DNA from: Patescibacteria group bacterium
Lineage (GTDB): Bacteria; Patescibacteriota; Minisyncoccia; UBA6257; UBA9933
Direction: 5' to 3'
Assembly: GCA_038057615.1 (NCBI GenBank)
Contig: JBBUCW010000011.1
Location: 1 to 24,454, forward strand
Length of the DNA: 24,454 bases
The translations under genes and the position numbers were made by a program. The stretch's first letter is position 1. The number at the start of each line of letters is the position of its first letter. The notes below the pieces were generated by a model. It had not been told where the DNA came from, did no database searches, and saw nothing but the letters and a program-made list of their open reading frames with translations. Below are positions 22,853 through 24,454 of the stretch, piece after piece.

Positions 22853-24454
22853 TTAAAGCTGAAAACTATCTTTTTGTATCTGAACAGAATCAATAATTTC
22901 ATTACTTTTAACAGCTTCAATAAGAACTCCATATCCCCTTAAAAAGGGGTATTTAAACCTAAAAATGCTATTAATTTTTTTCTGACCGCTGGATAATAAA
23001 TGCAAACAATAAAAAAAATGATTTACCATTGGAAGCGCTTTTTCGCCAAAAATAGGAAATAACAATAATGCCATTAAGGCAATTATTCCATTGGGAATAG
23101 CTACCGCTAAGCCTTTATATTGCGCTTCGGTTATTGAAAACCCGCTATGTTTTAATAAAATTAAAATTGTTTTTGGAGAATAAATATGATAATGATGGTC
23201 AGCAAAATCATGAAATAAGGGCACGCTCATCAACAGCTTTCCTTCCGGCAATAATATTCTATGGAGTTCTTTTAAGGTAGCTTTTTCCTCCCATATATGT
23301 TCAATAACTTCCGCAATTACAATATACTGAAAATAATTATCAGGAAATTTAATTAATTCCGTAATAGATTGCTTAATAAAAAATTTATTATCCGCAATAT
23401 TATTATCAACAATATCCAGAAGATATGTCTCTTTTATTTTTTCTTTAATAGAAGGATAATCGCGACCCGCATAGTCTCCAACTACCAATATGGGACCTTT
23501 ATCTATTCGGCTTAAAAAAAATCGATTAGGAATATATCCGGCGGGAAAATCAATTTTTGTCTTATGCGGAAAAAATTTTCTAAATAATAATCTATGTGGT
23601 TGTTGTTTAAAAAACTTATAAATTTTATACAAAATCCGCAGAATAAAACGAGGCGTTAAAAATAACGGCAAAGCAATATAAAACTCCCAATAACTCCAAT
23701 AACATTTAAACATTTGTTTTATTTTTGGAGTTTTAGAACCAAAACCAGCCGTAAATCCCATCGCTCGCTCAACTACAACGGCGCGCCAAACTCTTCTAAA
23801 ATTATCAATTAAGGCTTTTTTTATTGATTGTTTATTAAATTTATCTTCAAACTCATAAACTATTTTATATAAGTTTATTCCGAATACTTGAAATGGATCA
23901 TACCATCTCTGTTCTCCGGCCAATTTTGGTTCCGAAATCACATAGGGAGTATTCAAAAAATAAAATTTGCCGTCTTGAGAAAGCACATGTAAAATTAAGT
24001 ATAAATTAACAAAAGCAGAACCAATATATTTTTTTGATTTCTCTATGCCCGATAATGCTTTTTCTCTTTTGAAAATAGTAACTGAAATAAACCCCAGTAA
24101 GCCGATATCTTTTTCTAAAAGTTGATTACGATTATCAAAAAATTTGTTTCCCTCTAATTTAAATGCTGTATCATTTTTATGATTTATATTACAAGAATTA
24201 ACCCAAATAAAAAAAATTTGGGGGGATTTTTTAACTAACTCAATAACATATGAGATTGCTCCTTCTACTAAAATATCATCTCCAAACCACCACACATAAT
24301 CTCCTTTAGCCTCTTGAGTCAAAAATATAATCGCCGTATCTAATCCTTCTTTTTTACCTTTAAAATATCTAATTGAAACAGAAGTTTTTTTAAGATAATT
24401 TTCTATTAAATTTTCCGTTTCTAAATTAGTGCTATCATCGCGAACAATTATTTC
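22853..24454 (-). CDS. GT2 glycosyltransferase fused to a C-terminal methyltransferase-like domain (5'-partial; runs off the window)
   Basis: The frame is open from 24454 (EIIVRDDSTN...), so the TTG at 24322 is not the true start. 'GDYVWWFGDD' GT2 motif; C-terminal 'FPDNYFQYIVIAEVIEHI...LHRILLPEGKLLMSVP'. Confidence 0.85.
   Translation of the reverse strand, partial: EIIVRDDSTNLETENLIENYLKKTSVSIRYFKGKKEGLDTAIIFLTQEAKGDYVWWFGDDILVEGAISYVIELVKKSPQIFFIWVNSCNINHKNDTAFKLEGNKFFDNRNQLLEKDIGLLGFISVTIFKREKALSGIEKSKKYIGSAFVNLYLILHVLSQDGKFYFLNTPYVISEPKLAGEQRWYDPFQVFGINLYKIVYEFEDKFNKQSIKKALIDNFRRVWRAVVVERAMGFTAGFGSKTPKIKQMFKCYWSYWEFYIALPLFLTPRFILRILYKIYKFFKQQPHRLLFRKFFPHKTKIDFPAGYIPNRFFLSRIDKGPILVVGDYAGRDYPSIKEKIKETYLLDIVDNNIADNKFFIKQSITELIKFPDNYFQYIVIAEVIEHIWEEKATLKELHRILLPEGKLLMSVPLFHDFADHHYHIYSPKTILILLKHSGFSITEAQYKGLAVAIPNGIIALMALLLFPIFGEKALPMVNHFFYCLHLLSSGQKKINSIFRFKYPFLRGYGVLIEAVKSNEIIDSVQIQKDSFQL

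Noticed and set aside
18655-24454. Impression of lower GC in the right-hand block (separate acquisition)
   Set aside because: Not computed, and confounded by membrane-protein composition. It needs a sliding-window GC/GC3 and codon-usage calculation.
1-24454. tRNA/rRNA genes and alternative genetic code
   Set aside because: No cloverleaf or rRNA signature in the short intergenic regions. TGA acts as a stop (e.g. pth, Fic) and long ORFs are intact under code 11.

Overview
AT-rich bacterial window. It is probably from a Patescibacteria/CPR (Parcubacteria-like) genome; this is inferred from the divergent S21 and Pth, the lack of obvious Shine-Dalgarno motifs and the many ATGA stop/start overlaps. 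Positions 1-4.1 kb are a housekeeping block (yqeY, rpsU, HIT, hisS and lepB on -, pth on +). Positions 4.2-24.4 kb are a Wzx/Wzy-type surface-polysaccharide locus: priming phosphoglycosyl transferase, two paralogous flippases, wecB, GT4/GT2 enzymes, manC, a polymerase-like membrane protein, oxidoreductases and methyltransferases. Three things stand out. (1) Several families of small palindromic elements colonise the housekeeping genes: three hairpins with TAG/CTA at 7-nt spacing, two of which supply the stop codons of HIT and hisS; hairpins with tandem G.A pairs; a 129-bp inverted-repeat element; and a REP-like palindrome translated in-frame inside Pth. (2) Two cargo genes (an HTH-Fic gene and a short WecC-like dehydrogenase) are each bracketed by a diverged partial copy of the neighbouring glycosyltransferase gene with a near-identical core, and unannotated gene relics lie at the junctions. 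This suggests cassette acquisition by single-crossover or homology-facilitated recombination, with no integrase in the window. (3) A 917-aa exported LamG-SH3b-lytic transglycosylase-like-PxKF protein sits in the middle of the glycan locus. No tRNA, rRNA, CRISPR array, transposase or integrase was recognised. All calls are by eye from the sequence; no database search or folding calculation was run.
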